DNA of 63,096 nt from NCBI GenBank assembly GCA_043823745.1, contig JBDRAN010000032.1, positions 1 through 63,096 on the forward strand, written 5' to 3'. The stretch comes from Candidatus Omnitrophota bacterium. GTDB lineage: Bacteria; Omnitrophota; Gorgyraeia; Duberdicusellales; 4484-171. This document shows positions 18,092-28,990 of this stretch, in pieces. The notes beneath the pieces are model-generated. The model did no database searches. It worked only from the letters and a program-made list of their open reading frames with translations, and was not told where the DNA came from. Numbering within the stretch: position 1 is the first letter of the stretch; the number at the start of each line of letters is the position of its first letter. The position numbers and the translations under genes are program-made.

Positions 18092-18742
18092 TTACGTTTC
18101 TCTTCCGTACCGTTTGCGTGAAAGTAGCTCAAGGACCTCGCTTGCCGCCTGTTCCATCTCAAGCGTTGCTAACGTAACCCTATAAAGAAAATAATTTGAG
18201 GCGATATAGGTGGGGATTGCGATGCACAGTCCCGCAATGGTAGTGATAAGCGCTTCCCATATTCCTCCTCCAAAATCAGCTGGACCTATTGAGCCGGCGC
18301 GTAGCGATTGCTGTTCGATAATATAAAAACATTGGGCAAACCCTGTGGCTGTCCCAAGGAGCCCGAAAAGAGGTGCGGTATGGGCGATGGTGCTTAAGAG
18401 ATGCGAGTTCTTTTCAAGCTTGGGGATTTCATACAGCGAAGCACTTTCCATAGCTTCCCGAATCCCCTCCTTTGATTCCTCGCAATGCATGAGTCCCGCG
18501 CGAAGGATATTGGTTGTGTAGAAAGAGTTTTTTTCACATAATTCAATTGCCTCGGTGATCTTGTCTTTTCGAATGTACTCTAAGATTTGCACAACGAGTC
18601 CTTTTTTTACAAATCGAAGATTTGCATAAAAGAAAATTCGCTCCAGGATAATCGCCAAGGAAAATATTGAGCAGACAAAGATAGGCAACATGACCCACCC
18701 ACCCTTAACGATAAGGTGCCACATTAATCCTCCTTTTTTCAA
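18092..18742 (-). CDS. exbB: MotA/TolQ/ExbB proton channel protein
   Basis: 216 aa with three TM segments. Carries the conserved APLFGLLGTATG ... ALITTIAGL pattern. Confidence 0.85.
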   Translation of the reverse strand: MKKGGLMWHLIVKGGWVMLPIFVCSIFSLAIILERIFFYANLRFVKKGLVVQILEYIRKDKITEAIELCEKNSFYTTNILRAGLMHCEESKEGIREAMESASLYEIPKLEKNSHLLSTIAHTAPLFGLLGTATGFAQCFYIIEQQSLRAGSIGPADFGGGIWEALITTIAGLCIAIPTYIASNYFLYRVTLATLEMEQAASEVLELLSRKRYGRET

Positions 18743-18773
18743 AGCGGTACCACGTATATGTGCGCATCAGAGA

Positions 18774-21188
18774 TTACCGTCTTGATTCAAGTTCCTTGAG
18801 GCGTGCGCGCGCAACTGTTGATTCATCGACGTTTAGGGCTATGACTTTTTTATATACATCGCGCGCCGCCATAATATCGTTCTTTTTTTCGTAGATCCGA
18901 GCTATATGAAAAAAAGCCTTCACCGTGTAGTCTTTTTCTTCAAACGAATATACAAGCGTGAGGAATTCATTGAGCGCTTCGTCGATACGATTCATTTTTT
19001 CAAGGCACAGGGCGAGGCTAAAACGAATTTTAGCCGAGTCGACGCCGCTCTTGATTATTTTCTGGAACAGGTTGACCGCGCCTGCGTAGTCGCCGGTCTC
19101 TCGTAGCAAAAAAGCTTTCTCAAGCAAGGCTGCTTTTGCGATAGGCTCTTGGCCTTGCGCCAACTCATCGTATATAGCAAGGGCAGTCGTTGAATTGTTT
19201 TGTTGAGCATATATTTTTGCGAGATAGAGCTTCGCTTTTTGAGCAAGTGGCGTATCACCGTCAGACACTTTTTTAAATATATCCGATGCACGGTCAAGAT
19301 CGTTGTTCCGCCAGTAAAGATGCGCGAGGGATAATTGCGCTTCTTTTACCCAAGTGCTATCGGACCCGCTTTCTAAAGCTTTTTTATAATATTTTTCCGC
19401 CTCAAGATAATTTTCTTCGCGTTCGTACAATCCTCCGATTTGCACGGCAATTGAAGACGCATGTGATGAGCGGGGAAATTTATTCAGGAATTCCTCCCAC
19501 GTTTGCTTTGCTTTCGTAAACATATTAAGGTTTAAATAAGCATTACCGATGTCAATAAAGGCTAATTCTTGTAATTCCTTATTCTTTTCCTGTTTCATGG
19601 TTTCCGTGAAAATATCAATCGCGGCATTATAGTCCTTCAGATTATAGTACGTTTTACCGTAGAGATATGAGGCTTTTTGGGTAAATTCACTTTGCGGGTA
19701 TTTATCCATGAAATCTTCGATGAGCATTTGTGTATCCTGGTATCGTTCCATCGAGAAATAACTTAACGCGAGATAGTATTGAACTTCGGGGAGCAGGCGC
19801 GATCGCGGAAAGTTTTTTTGCATATTTCGTAATGCCAGAAGCGCATCCTCGAGTTTCCCTGTTTTAAGGAATACCATTCCGATTTGAAATTGAATATAAT
19901 CGGAATACACGTTTTTGGGAGTCGTTTTAAGGATGTCGTTGTAAAGCTGGAGAGCTTTGGCATGATCACCGCTTTCCTGATAGGCGTCAGCGATCTGAAT
20001 TTGGGAGCTTAACTTAACAATAGGATTATCGGTATATTTAAGTGTTTGCTCAAACTCGGTTATGGCCTTTTTAAATTCCCCGTTTTTAAGATACCCCCAT
20101 GCAAGCCCATAGTGCGCTTTATCAAGGAGGTCAGCGTAGGAAGATGTCTTCAATGAATCAAGCAAATAGCGATACTCTGCAATTGAGTCATTAATTCTAC
20201 CGATTTCATAGAAGGTTGCCGCCCTATTTAAGTGAGCATTCGCGCTGAATTCACTTTGAGGGAAGCTTTTAAGGAAGATATTGAACTTTTCCAGAGCGGC
20301 AGCGTAGTCTTTTATCTTAAAGCTGTACGTTCCCTGTGAAAAAATGCGTAGTTCTTCGCCCGCGATAGCATCGATTTGTTTTTTTGCTTCGGCGGTATCG
20401 CCCTGGGCAAGAAATGCGAATCCCATCCCGCGATGCAGAAGATCAAGCAAATATTTATCGTTTGTCGCATCGAGGCCTGTGCGATAGTATTCAACCGCCT
20501 TATCAATTTTATTTTGGCTGGTATAGCTCTCAGCAAGATAGTAATACGCTTGTGCGCCAATAGCGCCACGGGGAAAATCAGTAAGGTACTTCGTAGTAAA
20601 CGCAGCGAGCTGAAAGTAGTCAGTTTTTTGAAAATAGATCTCGAGTAATTGAGCGTAGGATTTCTCAACTACTTCCCGCTCGGGGCTTTCGTCGATTATC
20701 TTCTCGAATAAATCGATCGAGGCATTGATTTCTTTTAGCTCGACGTTACTCGATGCAAGCAGGTAATATCCCCACCAGAGAAATTTTGAATCCGGATATG
20801 ACGTAATAAGCTTGCGGGCGTATGTTTGCGCATCTTTATAATTTTTGCCTTTAAAATAGAGCTCGGCAAGCCAGTAAAAAATTTCATCCTGAAGTGATCT
20901 CGCGCCTCGTGCCGCCGCCAGCTCGTTGAGCATTTCAATTACACGGGGATAATTTTCTTTGAAATAATAACATTTTGCGATGTAGAGCCTTGCTTCATGG
21001 TTGTGTCCGCTTTGTGGAAAATCCTGAATGAATCGCTCAAAGAGCGAAATACTCGCATCGTAAAAATTATCAGAAAACGCTTTTGTGGCAACATAAAAGC
21101 GTTCATCTTCGTTGGTAATAGAAAATACATTCAGCGATACGGTTACGCACATGATACATGCGGTGATAATGAGTTTTACTTTTTTCAT
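18774..21188 (-). CDS. large secreted tetratricopeptide-repeat protein
   Basis: 804 aa with a signal peptide (MKKVKLIITACIMCVTVSLNVFS). TPR-like motifs of the form A..Y.LA..YF..G.Y..A recur throughout. Confidence 0.8.
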   Translation of the reverse strand: MKKVKLIITACIMCVTVSLNVFSITNEDERFYVATKAFSDNFYDASISLFERFIQDFPQSGHNHEARLYIAKCYYFKENYPRVIEMLNELAAARGARSLQDEIFYWLAELYFKGKNYKDAQTYARKLITSYPDSKFLWWGYYLLASSNVELKEINASIDLFEKIIDESPEREVVEKSYAQLLEIYFQKTDYFQLAAFTTKYLTDFPRGAIGAQAYYYLAESYTSQNKIDKAVEYYRTGLDATNDKYLLDLLHRGMGFAFLAQGDTAEAKKQIDAIAGEELRIFSQGTYSFKIKDYAAALEKFNIFLKSFPQSEFSANAHLNRAATFYEIGRINDSIAEYRYLLDSLKTSSYADLLDKAHYGLAWGYLKNGEFKKAITEFEQTLKYTDNPIVKLSSQIQIADAYQESGDHAKALQLYNDILKTTPKNVYSDYIQFQIGMVFLKTGKLEDALLALRNMQKNFPRSRLLPEVQYYLALSYFSMERYQDTQMLIEDFMDKYPQSEFTQKASYLYGKTYYNLKDYNAAIDIFTETMKQEKNKELQELAFIDIGNAYLNLNMFTKAKQTWEEFLNKFPRSSHASSIAVQIGGLYEREENYLEAEKYYKKALESGSDSTWVKEAQLSLAHLYWRNNDLDRASDIFKKVSDGDTPLAQKAKLYLAKIYAQQNNSTTALAIYDELAQGQEPIAKAALLEKAFLLRETGDYAGAVNLFQKIIKSGVDSAKIRFSLALCLEKMNRIDEALNEFLTLVYSFEEKDYTVKAFFHIARIYEKKNDIMAARDVYKKVIALNVDESTVARARLKELESRR

Positions 21189-21193
21189 AGTCC

Positions 21194-23995
21194 CTATAGT
21201 TTAGACGATTTTAGTTTGTTTTTCAAGAATTTTCCTGTATATGATTTGTCGCTCGCGCAGATCTCTTCCGGAGTTCCGGCGGCAACGAGATTTCCTCCGG
21301 CATCGCCTCCTTCGGGCCCAAGATCAATGATGTAGTCGGCACAGCGTATGACATCGAGATTGTGTTCGATAACCAACACGGTATTTTTCTTGGCGACGAG
21401 GCGCGAGAGCACCACAAGAAGCTTTTTCACGTCGTCAAAATGAAGGCCGGTCGTAGGCTCGTCAAGAATATAAAGTGTTTTTCCCGTCGCTTTTTTACGA
21501 AGCTGTGATGCGAGTTTAATGCGCTGCGCCTCTCCCCCGGAAAGCGTTGTCGCGGCCTGCCCAAGCGTTATGTAACCGAGGCCGACGTCGATCAAGGTCG
21601 CCAGGATTGTTCGGATGCGCGGGAAATTCTCGAATAAGAGGCAGGCCTCGTCAGCGTTCATCGCCAGCACTTCCGAAATATTTTTCCCTTTAAAACGGAT
21701 GCCCAGTGTTTGCGCGTTAAATCGTTTTCCGTCGCATATCTCGCAGGGAACATGTACATCAGGGAGAAAGTGCATTTCTATTTTTTTAGTTCCTTCTCCT
21801 TGACACGCTTCGCAGCGGCCGCCGGACACGTTAAAGCTGAAGCGTGACTGACTCCATCCACGCGCACGAGATTCGGGAAGCGAACTGAAAACTTCTCTGA
21901 CGTAGGTAAAAACCCCCGTGTAGGTGGCGGGATTTGATCGTGGGGTTCTTCCAATCGGTGATTGATCGACGATAATGACCTTATCGATATTTTTAAGACC
22001 TTTGATACTATCGTGTTTGCCGGGCTTTTCACGCGAATGAGAGAAAAATTTTGCAAGACTTTTGTAGAGTACATCCTCAATGAGGGTTGATTTCCCCGAA
22101 CCGGAGACTCCCGTCACGCACACAAACGTTTCAAGCGGAATAGTTACAGTGATACCTTTGAGGTTATGTTCACGCGCTCCCGTAATAACGATCTGAGATT
22201 TTTCGCGATAATCAACGCGTGATGCCGGAGTGGGTATCGCACAGGTGCCGTTTAGATATTGCGCGGTAAGGGTGTTTGCGTGCGCTAAACCAGCGACCGT
22301 GCCTGAGTAGACTACGCGCCCCCCCGTAACTCCCGCACCCGGTCCCAAATCAATGAGCCAATCGCTATTTTTGATCATTTGTTCGTCATGCTCAACCGTA
22401 ATAACCGTATTTCCTAAATCGCGCAGGTTTTTGAGGGTATTGATAAGTTTGGCGTCGTCGCGGGAATGGAGGCCGATCGTCGGTTCATCTAAAATGTAAA
22501 TAACACCGGAGAGCGCTGATCCGGCTTGGGTCGCTAGGCGTATGCGTTGGACTTCTCCGCCGGACAATGTTGAGCTTAAGCGTTCAAGTGACAGATATCC
22601 AAGTCCCACATCGATACAGAAGGCGAGGCGTTTGCGCACTTCTTTCGTAATATGGTGCGCTATTTTTTCTTCATGACGTTGTAAAATGAGCTTTTCAAAG
22701 AAATTAAACGTCTGCTCAACGGTCAACCGTATAAGCGCGTGTATTGATTTTCCTCCCACGTATACCGAAAGACTTTCTTTTTTAAGGCGCGCGCCCCCGC
22801 AGGCCGGGCATGAGAGCTTTGACATATACTTGCCTATTTCTTCTTTTACGTATTCGCTGTCGGTCGTATTAAAAAGTCTTTCGGTGCGGGGAATGACTCC
22901 CTCGAAGGGTTTATCCCAGACCATAACGCCAGGATTGCCGCGGAGAATGGTTTTCTGCAATTGCTTCGACAAGGCATCAAATGGCGTATCGAGTGAAAAA
23001 TTAAGGACTTCGGCGAGTTCACGCAGGAGCGCCCGATAATACATGATATAACCACGGCTTCCTCTTTTCCAGATTTCTATCGCGCCGTCCCGAATACTTT
23101 TTTTTCTGTCCGGGACGATACGGTCCGCATCAAATTCAAGACGTGTGCCCAGGCCTTTGCATGCCGGGCAGGCACCATAGGGTGAGTTAAAGGAGAACAT
23201 GCGCGGCTCAAGCTCGCCCAGCGAAATGCCGCAAGAACTGCAGGAAAGCTTCGTATTAAAAAAGAGCTCATTATTTTGTGATTCGTTGCGAACGATAACC
23301 AGGCCATCGGAGAATTTAATCGCGGTTTCTACCGAATCGGCGATTCGTTTTTGGTATGCGGCGGCAACCTTGACGCGATCAATAACAATTTCTATCGTGT
23401 GAGCTTTATATTTTTCCAACCTAATATTTTCATCAAGTTCGTAAATGCGATTGTCAACGCGTACGCGGGAAAAGCCATCTTTGCGTATGCGTTCAAAGAG
23501 TGCCTGGTATTGGCCTTTTTTCCCGCGAATGAGCGGTGCGAGAATATATACGGTGTCACCTTCGTTGGTGCGGGTAATCCGATCGATGATTTCTTGTGAG
23601 GTCTGTCGTGCAATAAGACGTCCGCAATCAGGGCAGTGGGGCTTTCCGATACGCGCGTACAAGAGGCGCAGGTAATCGTATATTTCGGTTTGCGTTGCGA
23701 CAATTGATCGGGGTGAGCCTCCGGCAGTGCGCTGCTCGATGGCGATCGTCGGAGATAATCCTTCGATGTGCTCGACATCGGGCTTCTGGAGTTGTTCAAG
23801 GAACTGACGCGCGTAGCTCGAAAGGCTTTCTACGTAGCGGCGCTGGCCTTCGGCGTAAATAGTATCGAAGGCAAGGGATGATTTCCCTGAACCCGAAAGC
23901 CCGGTGATAACCACTAATTTGTTTTTAGGGATTTTAAGGTCAATATCCTTTAAGTTATGTTCTTTGGCCCCTTTAATAATAATAAAATCGTTCAT
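21194..23995 (-). CDS. uvrA: excinuclease ABC subunit A
   Basis: 933 aa. It has two Walker A motifs ([18 protein letters not shown]), Zn-finger cysteines and ABC signatures (LSGGE). Confidence 0.97.
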   Translation of the reverse strand: MNDFIIIKGAKEHNLKDIDLKIPKNKLVVITGLSGSGKSSLAFDTIYAEGQRRYVESLSSYARQFLEQLQKPDVEHIEGLSPTIAIEQRTAGGSPRSIVATQTEIYDYLRLLYARIGKPHCPDCGRLIARQTSQEIIDRITRTNEGDTVYILAPLIRGKKGQYQALFERIRKDGFSRVRVDNRIYELDENIRLEKYKAHTIEIVIDRVKVAAAYQKRIADSVETAIKFSDGLVIVRNESQNNELFFNTKLSCSSCGISLGELEPRMFSFNSPYGACPACKGLGTRLEFDADRIVPDRKKSIRDGAIEIWKRGSRGYIMYYRALLRELAEVLNFSLDTPFDALSKQLQKTILRGNPGVMVWDKPFEGVIPRTERLFNTTDSEYVKEEIGKYMSKLSCPACGGARLKKESLSVYVGGKSIHALIRLTVEQTFNFFEKLILQRHEEKIAHHITKEVRKRLAFCIDVGLGYLSLERLSSTLSGGEVQRIRLATQAGSALSGVIYILDEPTIGLHSRDDAKLINTLKNLRDLGNTVITVEHDEQMIKNSDWLIDLGPGAGVTGGRVVYSGTVAGLAHANTLTAQYLNGTCAIPTPASRVDYREKSQIVITGAREHNLKGITVTIPLETFVCVTGVSGSGKSTLIEDVLYKSLAKFFSHSREKPGKHDSIKGLKNIDKVIIVDQSPIGRTPRSNPATYTGVFTYVREVFSSLPESRARGWSQSRFSFNVSGGRCEACQGEGTKKIEMHFLPDVHVPCEICDGKRFNAQTLGIRFKGKNISEVLAMNADEACLLFENFPRIRTILATLIDVGLGYITLGQAATTLSGGEAQRIKLASQLRKKATGKTLYILDEPTTGLHFDDVKKLLVVLSRLVAKKNTVLVIEHNLDVIRCADYIIDLGPEGGDAGGNLVAAGTPEEICASDKSYTGKFLKNKLKSSKL

Positions 23996-24055
23996 AGTAT
24001 TTCAAGATTTAAATTTTGGGCTTGCGGCTGTGTATAGTCTGGATCGATTTTCTAC

Positions 24056-24889
24056 CTAACTCCCTACTTTAAAGGGAGAAAACATTTTTTTAAGCAGCGA
24101 TTGTGTTGAAAGAATTGCCAGCGCGCTTGTTTTTGGATTTATTTTTGAAGGAACATTTTTTATGATGATCTCGACGCTGGTTTCCTCAGCTTCAATGACG
24201 ATGTGATGTACATTTGCGCTTACTGCTGGGTCAGCCTTGATCGCGACTTTGATATTTTTTTCGCGCACCTTTCCATGCGAATTAAGCGACGCGGCGAGAA
24301 AGAGTGTTGCGGCGACATTAATATTTTGAGGGAAATATTTGATCGCCTCATTAACCGAACCCTGGAAAATAAGTTTTTCACTTTTAAGATTACTAAGATT
24401 TATTTTTTTCTCCGTCAAATAGCGTGCTCCCGCCAGGCCGCGCGGTGGTTTTGAGGTAGTCAGCGTTATGCGCCTGATATTACCCAAACTTAACGCGCCC
24501 AAGCCGTCTACGCCGCAGATCGCGCCGGAAGGAATATAGATTTTGCTACTTCTTTTCTGGGCCGCGCGCAGAAGGTCGCGATTGCCGACGAGCGCTCCAA
24601 CACTTAAGATAACCACGTCCTTGCGGTAGCGAAGTGCTTTTGCAAGGATTTCGCGGGCTGCCTCGACCGAAGCAGTTTCGATGATGAGATCGACATTGCG
24701 GGCAAGCGCATCGGCGTCAAAAATTCGTGCAGTTGAGGAAAGTCTGCCGAGCAAGTGCTCTGCCTTTTCCGTATCGCGATCGCTCACTCCCCAGAGTATC
24801 GCGTGCGTTGCAAGATGCTTTTCAATAAAAAGAGCGACTCCTTCTCCGATCGCTCCGCAGCCAAGAATGCCGATTCTTGTCTTTTTCAT
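24056..24889 (-). CDS. nadX: aspartate dehydrogenase-like NAD(P)-binding protein
   Basis: 277 aa. Has the Rossmann motif [10 protein letters not shown] and a DUF108-like C-terminal domain pattern. Confidence 0.55.
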   Translation of the reverse strand: MKKTRIGILGCGAIGEGVALFIEKHLATHAILWGVSDRDTEKAEHLLGRLSSTARIFDADALARNVDLIIETASVEAAREILAKALRYRKDVVILSVGALVGNRDLLRAAQKRSSKIYIPSGAICGVDGLGALSLGNIRRITLTTSKPPRGLAGARYLTEKKINLSNLKSEKLIFQGSVNEAIKYFPQNINVAATLFLAASLNSHGKVREKNIKVAIKADPAVSANVHHIVIEAEETSVEIIIKNVPSKINPKTSALAILSTQSLLKKMFSPFKVGS

Positions 24890-24903
24890 GATTACCTCAT
24901 TTT

Positions 24904-25746
24904 TTACAGGTTAATAAGAATATTATCGATAAGACGGGTATTTCCGATACGCACCGCGATCGCAATAAGAGTTTTTTTCCGTATCGGGCGGCAGGGTTTG
25001 AGCGTATCGGGATCCGTGATGCTAATATAATCGATTGCTGTCGCAATCGGCACGATCTTTCTTTTTATTGCATCGCTGATTTTTGTGGGGTCCCGTTCGC
25101 CTGCGCGAATCATTTTTTGAGCGTGACACAGAGCTTCGTACAGTTTTGCTGCGCGTGCGCGTTCAGGAGTGCTCAGATACCGATTACGCGAGCTCATCGC
25201 AAGGCCATCCGGCTCGCGGACGGTTGGGATTGTTTTAATTTGCACCTTAAAGTTTAAATCGCGCGCCATACGTCTGATGACCGCGGCCTGCTGGAAGTCC
25301 TTCTGTCCAAAGTACGCAATGTCAGGTTCGATAATATGGAATAATTTTGCGACAATCGTACAGACACCCTTAAAATGCCCGGCTCCTCGTGCCCCGCAGA
25401 GACCACGGCTTACGCAGTCCTCATTCACCCACGATGAGAAATTTGTCGGATACATTTCGCGAACTTTCGGTAAAAACAATAAATCAACTTTTTCTTTTCT
25501 AAGGAGCGCGATATCTTTCGTGAGTGTGCGCGGATAACGGGAATAATCTTCTCCGGGCGCAAATTGCGTTGGGTTTACAAATATACTTACCGCGACAAAA
25601 CCGCATCGCGCGTGAGCCGCACGTATAAGGGCGGTATGCCCTGCGTGGAGCGCTCCCATGGTCGGCGTAAAACCTATGGTTTTACGTCTGCGTTTTGCTT
25701 TCTCGCTCATTTTCTGTGCCTGTGTAATATTTTTTGCGATATCCAT
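24904..25746 (-). CDS. panC: pantoate--beta-alanine ligase
   Basis: Carries PTMGALHAGH (HxGH) and MSSRN. The long start is retained because it leaves about 28 aa before PTMG, as in known PanC. Confidence 0.9.
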   Translation of the reverse strand: MDIAKNITQAQKMSEKAKRRRKTIGFTPTMGALHAGHTALIRAAHARCGFVAVSIFVNPTQFAPGEDYSRYPRTLTKDIALLRKEKVDLLFLPKVREMYPTNFSSWVNEDCVSRGLCGARGAGHFKGVCTIVAKLFHIIEPDIAYFGQKDFQQAAVIRRMARDLNFKVQIKTIPTVREPDGLAMSSRNRYLSTPERARAAKLYEALCHAQKMIRAGERDPTKISDAIKRKIVPIATAIDYISITDPDTLKPCRPIRKKTLIAIAVRIGNTRLIDNILINL

Positions 25747-26159
25747 TTTCGGGTTAATTGTGGCGCAATTTCAAGAAGCGGCTTCATTACAAAATCACGC
25801 GTAAGCATTCGAGGGTGCGGGATCACCAAGTCAGGTTCGTTGATAATCTCATTGCCAAAAATGAGAATATCTAAATCGATGGTGCGTGGCCCATTTTTTA
25901 TGGTTCGTGTACGACCAAGATTTTTCTCAATAGAGTTAAGATGTGCCAGAAGCCGTCGCGCGGGGAGCTTCGTCAGTATCTTGACGGCACCGTTAAGATA
26001 CTTTGGCTGTTGTGGTCCCCCGACCGCCTCAGTTTCGATAAATGAAGAAACGCTCACAATGCGCACACCGGGAATTTTTGCAAGTAAACCAAGTGCGTGG
26101 GCAATATTTGCTTCCCGATTGCCGATGTTTGAGCCTACAGAGATAAAGGTTTCCTGCAC
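25707..26159 (-). CDS. folK: 2-amino-4-hydroxy-6-hydroxymethyldihydropteridine pyrophosphokinase (probable GTG start)
   Basis: Motifs: ISVGSNIGN, PRTIDLDIL, IPHPR. The ATG ORF runs to 26243 and overlaps dapL by 83 nt. An in-frame GTG at 26159 lies 1 nt after the dapL stop and gives a typical length of 150 aa. Confidence 0.8.
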   Translation of the reverse strand: MQETFISVGSNIGNREANIAHALGLLAKIPGVRIVSVSSFIETEAVGGPQQPKYLNGAVKILTKLPARRLLAHLNSIEKNLGRTRTIKNGPRTIDLDILIFGNEIINEPDLVIPHPRMLTRDFVMKPLLEIAPQLTRKWISQKILHRHRK

Positions 26160-26160
26160 G

Positions 26161-27339
26161 TTAAAGGCTGCCAAGCGCCCGGGTAAGGGTTTCTTTATCC
26201 ACGGTGAGCGCGAAACGGATAAAACCTTCACCATATTTTCCAAAGCCTATTCCGGGCGTTGCTACGATTCGTTTCTCAGCGATCAGGTATTTAGAAAAAT
26301 CAATTGATGACCGGTATTTTTTGGGCAGGCGGGCCCAGACATAAAAAGTTGATTCGGCGTGTATCGTGCCAAATCCTTTTTTAGCCAGGCCTTTCACGAA
26401 GTAATCGCGGCGTTCCTTGATCATGCCGGCGATAGCGCTGATGTAACCTGTCTCGCTGGTAAGCGCCGCCGCGCCCGCTTCCTGTATTGCGCCAAAAATA
26501 CCCGAATCAACATTCGTTTTGACCTTCAATAACCCTTTTATCAGGTTTTCATTGCCGCAGGCCCACCCAACGCGAAAACCGGTCATACAGAATGTTTTTG
26601 AGAATGAGTGGAATTCTATTGCAATTTCTTTCGCGCCTTTAATTTCTAAGATGCTTAAGGGTTTTTCTTTAAAATAAATTTCTGAATAGGCATTATCGTA
26701 CGCGAGGATTATTCCGTATTTTGAACAAAATCTGACGAGAACTTCAAGAAAATCTCGCGGGGCGGTGACGCTGGTTGGGTTATTGGGGTAGTTGGCATAG
26801 ATGATTTTGGTTTTATTGCGTACGGATGCAGGGATTTTTTTAAGATCAGGCAGGAATCCGTTTTCTTCCAAAAGCGGCATCTCATAGGTCTTGGCGCCGG
26901 CAAAAAGAGCTGCGCCCCGGTAGCCGGGATAGCCGGGATTGGGGATCAGTACATAGTCCCCGGGATTTACGAAGGCAAGCGGAAAGTGCACCAGGCCTTC
27001 TTTCGAGCCGATAAGCGGAAGGATTTCACGATGTTCATCAAGGGGTACCGCAAAGCGCGTAAGAAACCATTTTTTAATAGCCTGACGCAAAACAAGCTTT
27101 CCCTGATCGAGGGCGTATTTTTGATTATCTTTTGTTTTTGAAGCCTCATAAAGAGCATCAAGTACGCGTCCCGGTGCGGGAATGTCGGGATCGCCGATAC
27201 TTAAGTCGATGAAATCAATCTTTTGATCTCGCAGTTCCTTCTTTTGACGGTCAATCTCGGCAAAAAGGTACGGAGGTAATTTGTGCAGGCGTTTTGATAA
27301 TTCAAATTGCTTCATCAGCTCTCCTTGATGCGGAATCAA
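26161..27339 (-). CDS. dapL: class I/II aminotransferase, probably LL-diaminopimelate aminotransferase
   Basis: The PLP lysine motif SFSKTFCMTGFRVGW is present. It is embedded between dapB and folK in a dap cluster with no dapD/C/E in the window. Confidence 0.6.
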   Translation of the reverse strand: MIPHQGELMKQFELSKRLHKLPPYLFAEIDRQKKELRDQKIDFIDLSIGDPDIPAPGRVLDALYEASKTKDNQKYALDQGKLVLRQAIKKWFLTRFAVPLDEHREILPLIGSKEGLVHFPLAFVNPGDYVLIPNPGYPGYRGAALFAGAKTYEMPLLEENGFLPDLKKIPASVRNKTKIIYANYPNNPTSVTAPRDFLEVLVRFCSKYGIILAYDNAYSEIYFKEKPLSILEIKGAKEIAIEFHSFSKTFCMTGFRVGWACGNENLIKGLLKVKTNVDSGIFGAIQEAGAAALTSETGYISAIAGMIKERRDYFVKGLAKKGFGTIHAESTFYVWARLPKKYRSSIDFSKYLIAEKRIVATPGIGFGKYGEGFIRFALTVDKETLTRALGSL

Positions 27340-28061
27340 TCATTAAGGCCAAGAACGTCATGCATGCTGTAGAGACCGTTGGTTTTCTTTTTTGAAATCC
27401 AGACCGCGGCGGTTAGTGCGCCAGATGCGAAAATATCGCGCGTTTTTGCCGAGTGAAAGATCTCTATTGTATCTACCGCACTCTCAAAGACGATTCGGTG
27501 GTCACCGACGATCTCGCCTTTCCGTATTGAACGTATATCCTCGGTTTTGACCGATAATTCTTTTTCTTGTACGATTTTGGCCATTTGTTTTGCGGTACCT
27601 GAGGGCGCGTCTTTCTTGTGAATATGGTGCGCTTCCTCGATCGAAACGCTGTATCCGTTAAGTTTTTCGGAAGCTTTGCCGATGAGTTTGAAAAAAACGT
27701 TTACTCCAATACTCATGTTCGGAGAAAAAATAATAGGTATTTTTTTTGCCGCATCTTTAATTTTCTTCTGACCCGCTGGATCAATACCCGTGGTCCCGAT
27801 CACCGCGCACTTTTTGTATTGCACGAGATACACAAGGTTAGCCATGGTTGCTGCCGGCGCGGTAAAGTCTACGAGGCAGTCGCACTTCTTTATCTCTTCA
27901 CGATTATCCGAAATAGTAACGCTACCTATTTTTTTACCGATATCAGGATGCCCGCTTCGCTCGATGGCCGCAGCCAATGAAAATATCTTATCATGAAGGC
28001 TCAGCGCATAAATGCGCTGGCCCATTTTTCCGCAAAACCCGGTAATTCCAAGCTTTATCAT
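27336..28061 (-). CDS. dapB: 4-hydroxy-tetrahydrodipicolinate reductase
   Basis: Carries GFCGKMGQ and the signature EAHHIHKKDAPSGTA. Confidence 0.92.
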   Translation of the reverse strand: MIKLGITGFCGKMGQRIYALSLHDKIFSLAAAIERSGHPDIGKKIGSVTISDNREEIKKCDCLVDFTAPAATMANLVYLVQYKKCAVIGTTGIDPAGQKKIKDAAKKIPIIFSPNMSIGVNVFFKLIGKASEKLNGYSVSIEEAHHIHKKDAPSGTAKQMAKIVQEKELSVKTEDIRSIRKGEIVGDHRIVFESAVDTIEIFHSAKTRDIFASGALTAAVWISKKKTNGLYSMHDVLGLND

Positions 28062-28114
28062 GTCCCTCTCTTTTAGTGCGTACTAATCTTAGTGTTTCGA
28101 GTTTAGATTTCTCT

Positions 28115-28990
28115 CTATAATAGCCTGTACTCTTTAAGCACGGTGATAAGTTTTTCCTTGTTACCGGCGCTCATCGCGCACATCGGAAGTCGTAACTGTG
28201 ATGAACAAAGGCCAAGGAGCTCCATGGCGGTTTTGACCGGTATAGGATTGGTTTCGATGAACATGGCTTTAACCAGTGCAAAAAGCGCGTAATGAAGATT
28301 CCGGGCCCCGCTTATATCTCCCTGCTCGAACAAGCGTACCAGTTTCGCGGTATCCGCGGGAATAATGTTGGCGACAACAGAGACGACGCCGGTCCCTCCA
28401 ATACTTAAGACCGGAAGCGTCAGGGAATCGTCGCCGGAAAGTAGATCAAAAGACGTGGGGCAAAGCATTTTAATGCGCGCCATTTGCTCCAGGCTTCCTG
28501 AAGCCTCTTTAACGCCGACTATATTTTTACAATCGCGGGCCAGGCGCGCTATGGTCTCCGGCTCAATATTGACACCGGTGCGCGACGCGATATTGTACAG
28601 TATCATCGGAATGTCGGCGCATTCGGCAATCGCCTTAAAGTGTTCATATAAACCTTGTTGTGTGGGGCGGTTATAATAGGGGGCGACTTGCAGGCTTGCG
28701 TCGGCACCGCATTTGGCGGCGTGTTTGGTGATCATTACTGCTTCCTGAGTAGCGTTCGAGCCGGTGCCCGCGATAATCGGGACGCGGCCGGCTGCCTGTT
28801 CAATAACGATTTCGATGACGCGATCGTGCTCCTCATAAGAAAGCGTGGCGGACTCTCCGGTTGTGCCGCAGGGAACAATACCGGAGGTTCCGTTATGAAT
28901 CTGAAAGTCAACTAATGTCCGAAGTGTTTTTTCATCCACGGTTCCATTACAAAAGGGCGTTACCAGCGCGACGATTGAACCCTTAAACAT
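28115..28990 (-). CDS. dapA: 4-hydroxy-tetrahydrodipicolinate synthase
   Basis: Carries GTTGESATLS and GVKEASG. The start is set at MFKGSIVALVTPF, which is preceded by AGGAGG 7 nt upstream. The longest ORF extends to 29023. Confidence 0.92.
   Translation of the reverse strand: MFKGSIVALVTPFCNGTVDEKTLRTLVDFQIHNGTSGIVPCGTTGESATLSYEEHDRVIEIVIEQAAGRVPIIAGTGSNATQEAVMITKHAAKCGADASLQVAPYYNRPTQQGLYEHFKAIAECADIPMILYNIASRTGVNIEPETIARLARDCKNIVGVKEASGSLEQMARIKMLCPTSFDLLSGDDSLTLPVLSIGGTGVVSVVANIIPADTAKLVRLFEQGDISGARNLHYALFALVKAMFIETNPIPVKTAMELLGLCSSQLRLPMCAMSAGNKEKLITVLKEYRLL

Noticed and set aside
25708-25710. Alternative panC start forming an ATGA overlap with the folK stop
   Set aside because: It would leave only 16 residues before the PTMGALHAGH motif, whereas known PanC proteins have about 27. 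The upstream ATG at 25746 is retained, with the alternative noted.
25564-26307. 247-aa plus-strand ORF, plus similar long plus-strand ORFs at 50844-51512 and 43919-44494
   Set aside because: They lie fully antisense to well-supported genes (panC/folK, secDF/yajC/rpsP, hydG/rsmA). Their composition is Arg/Ser/Cys-rich and low-complexity, typical of shadow ORFs, and they contain no recognisable motifs.
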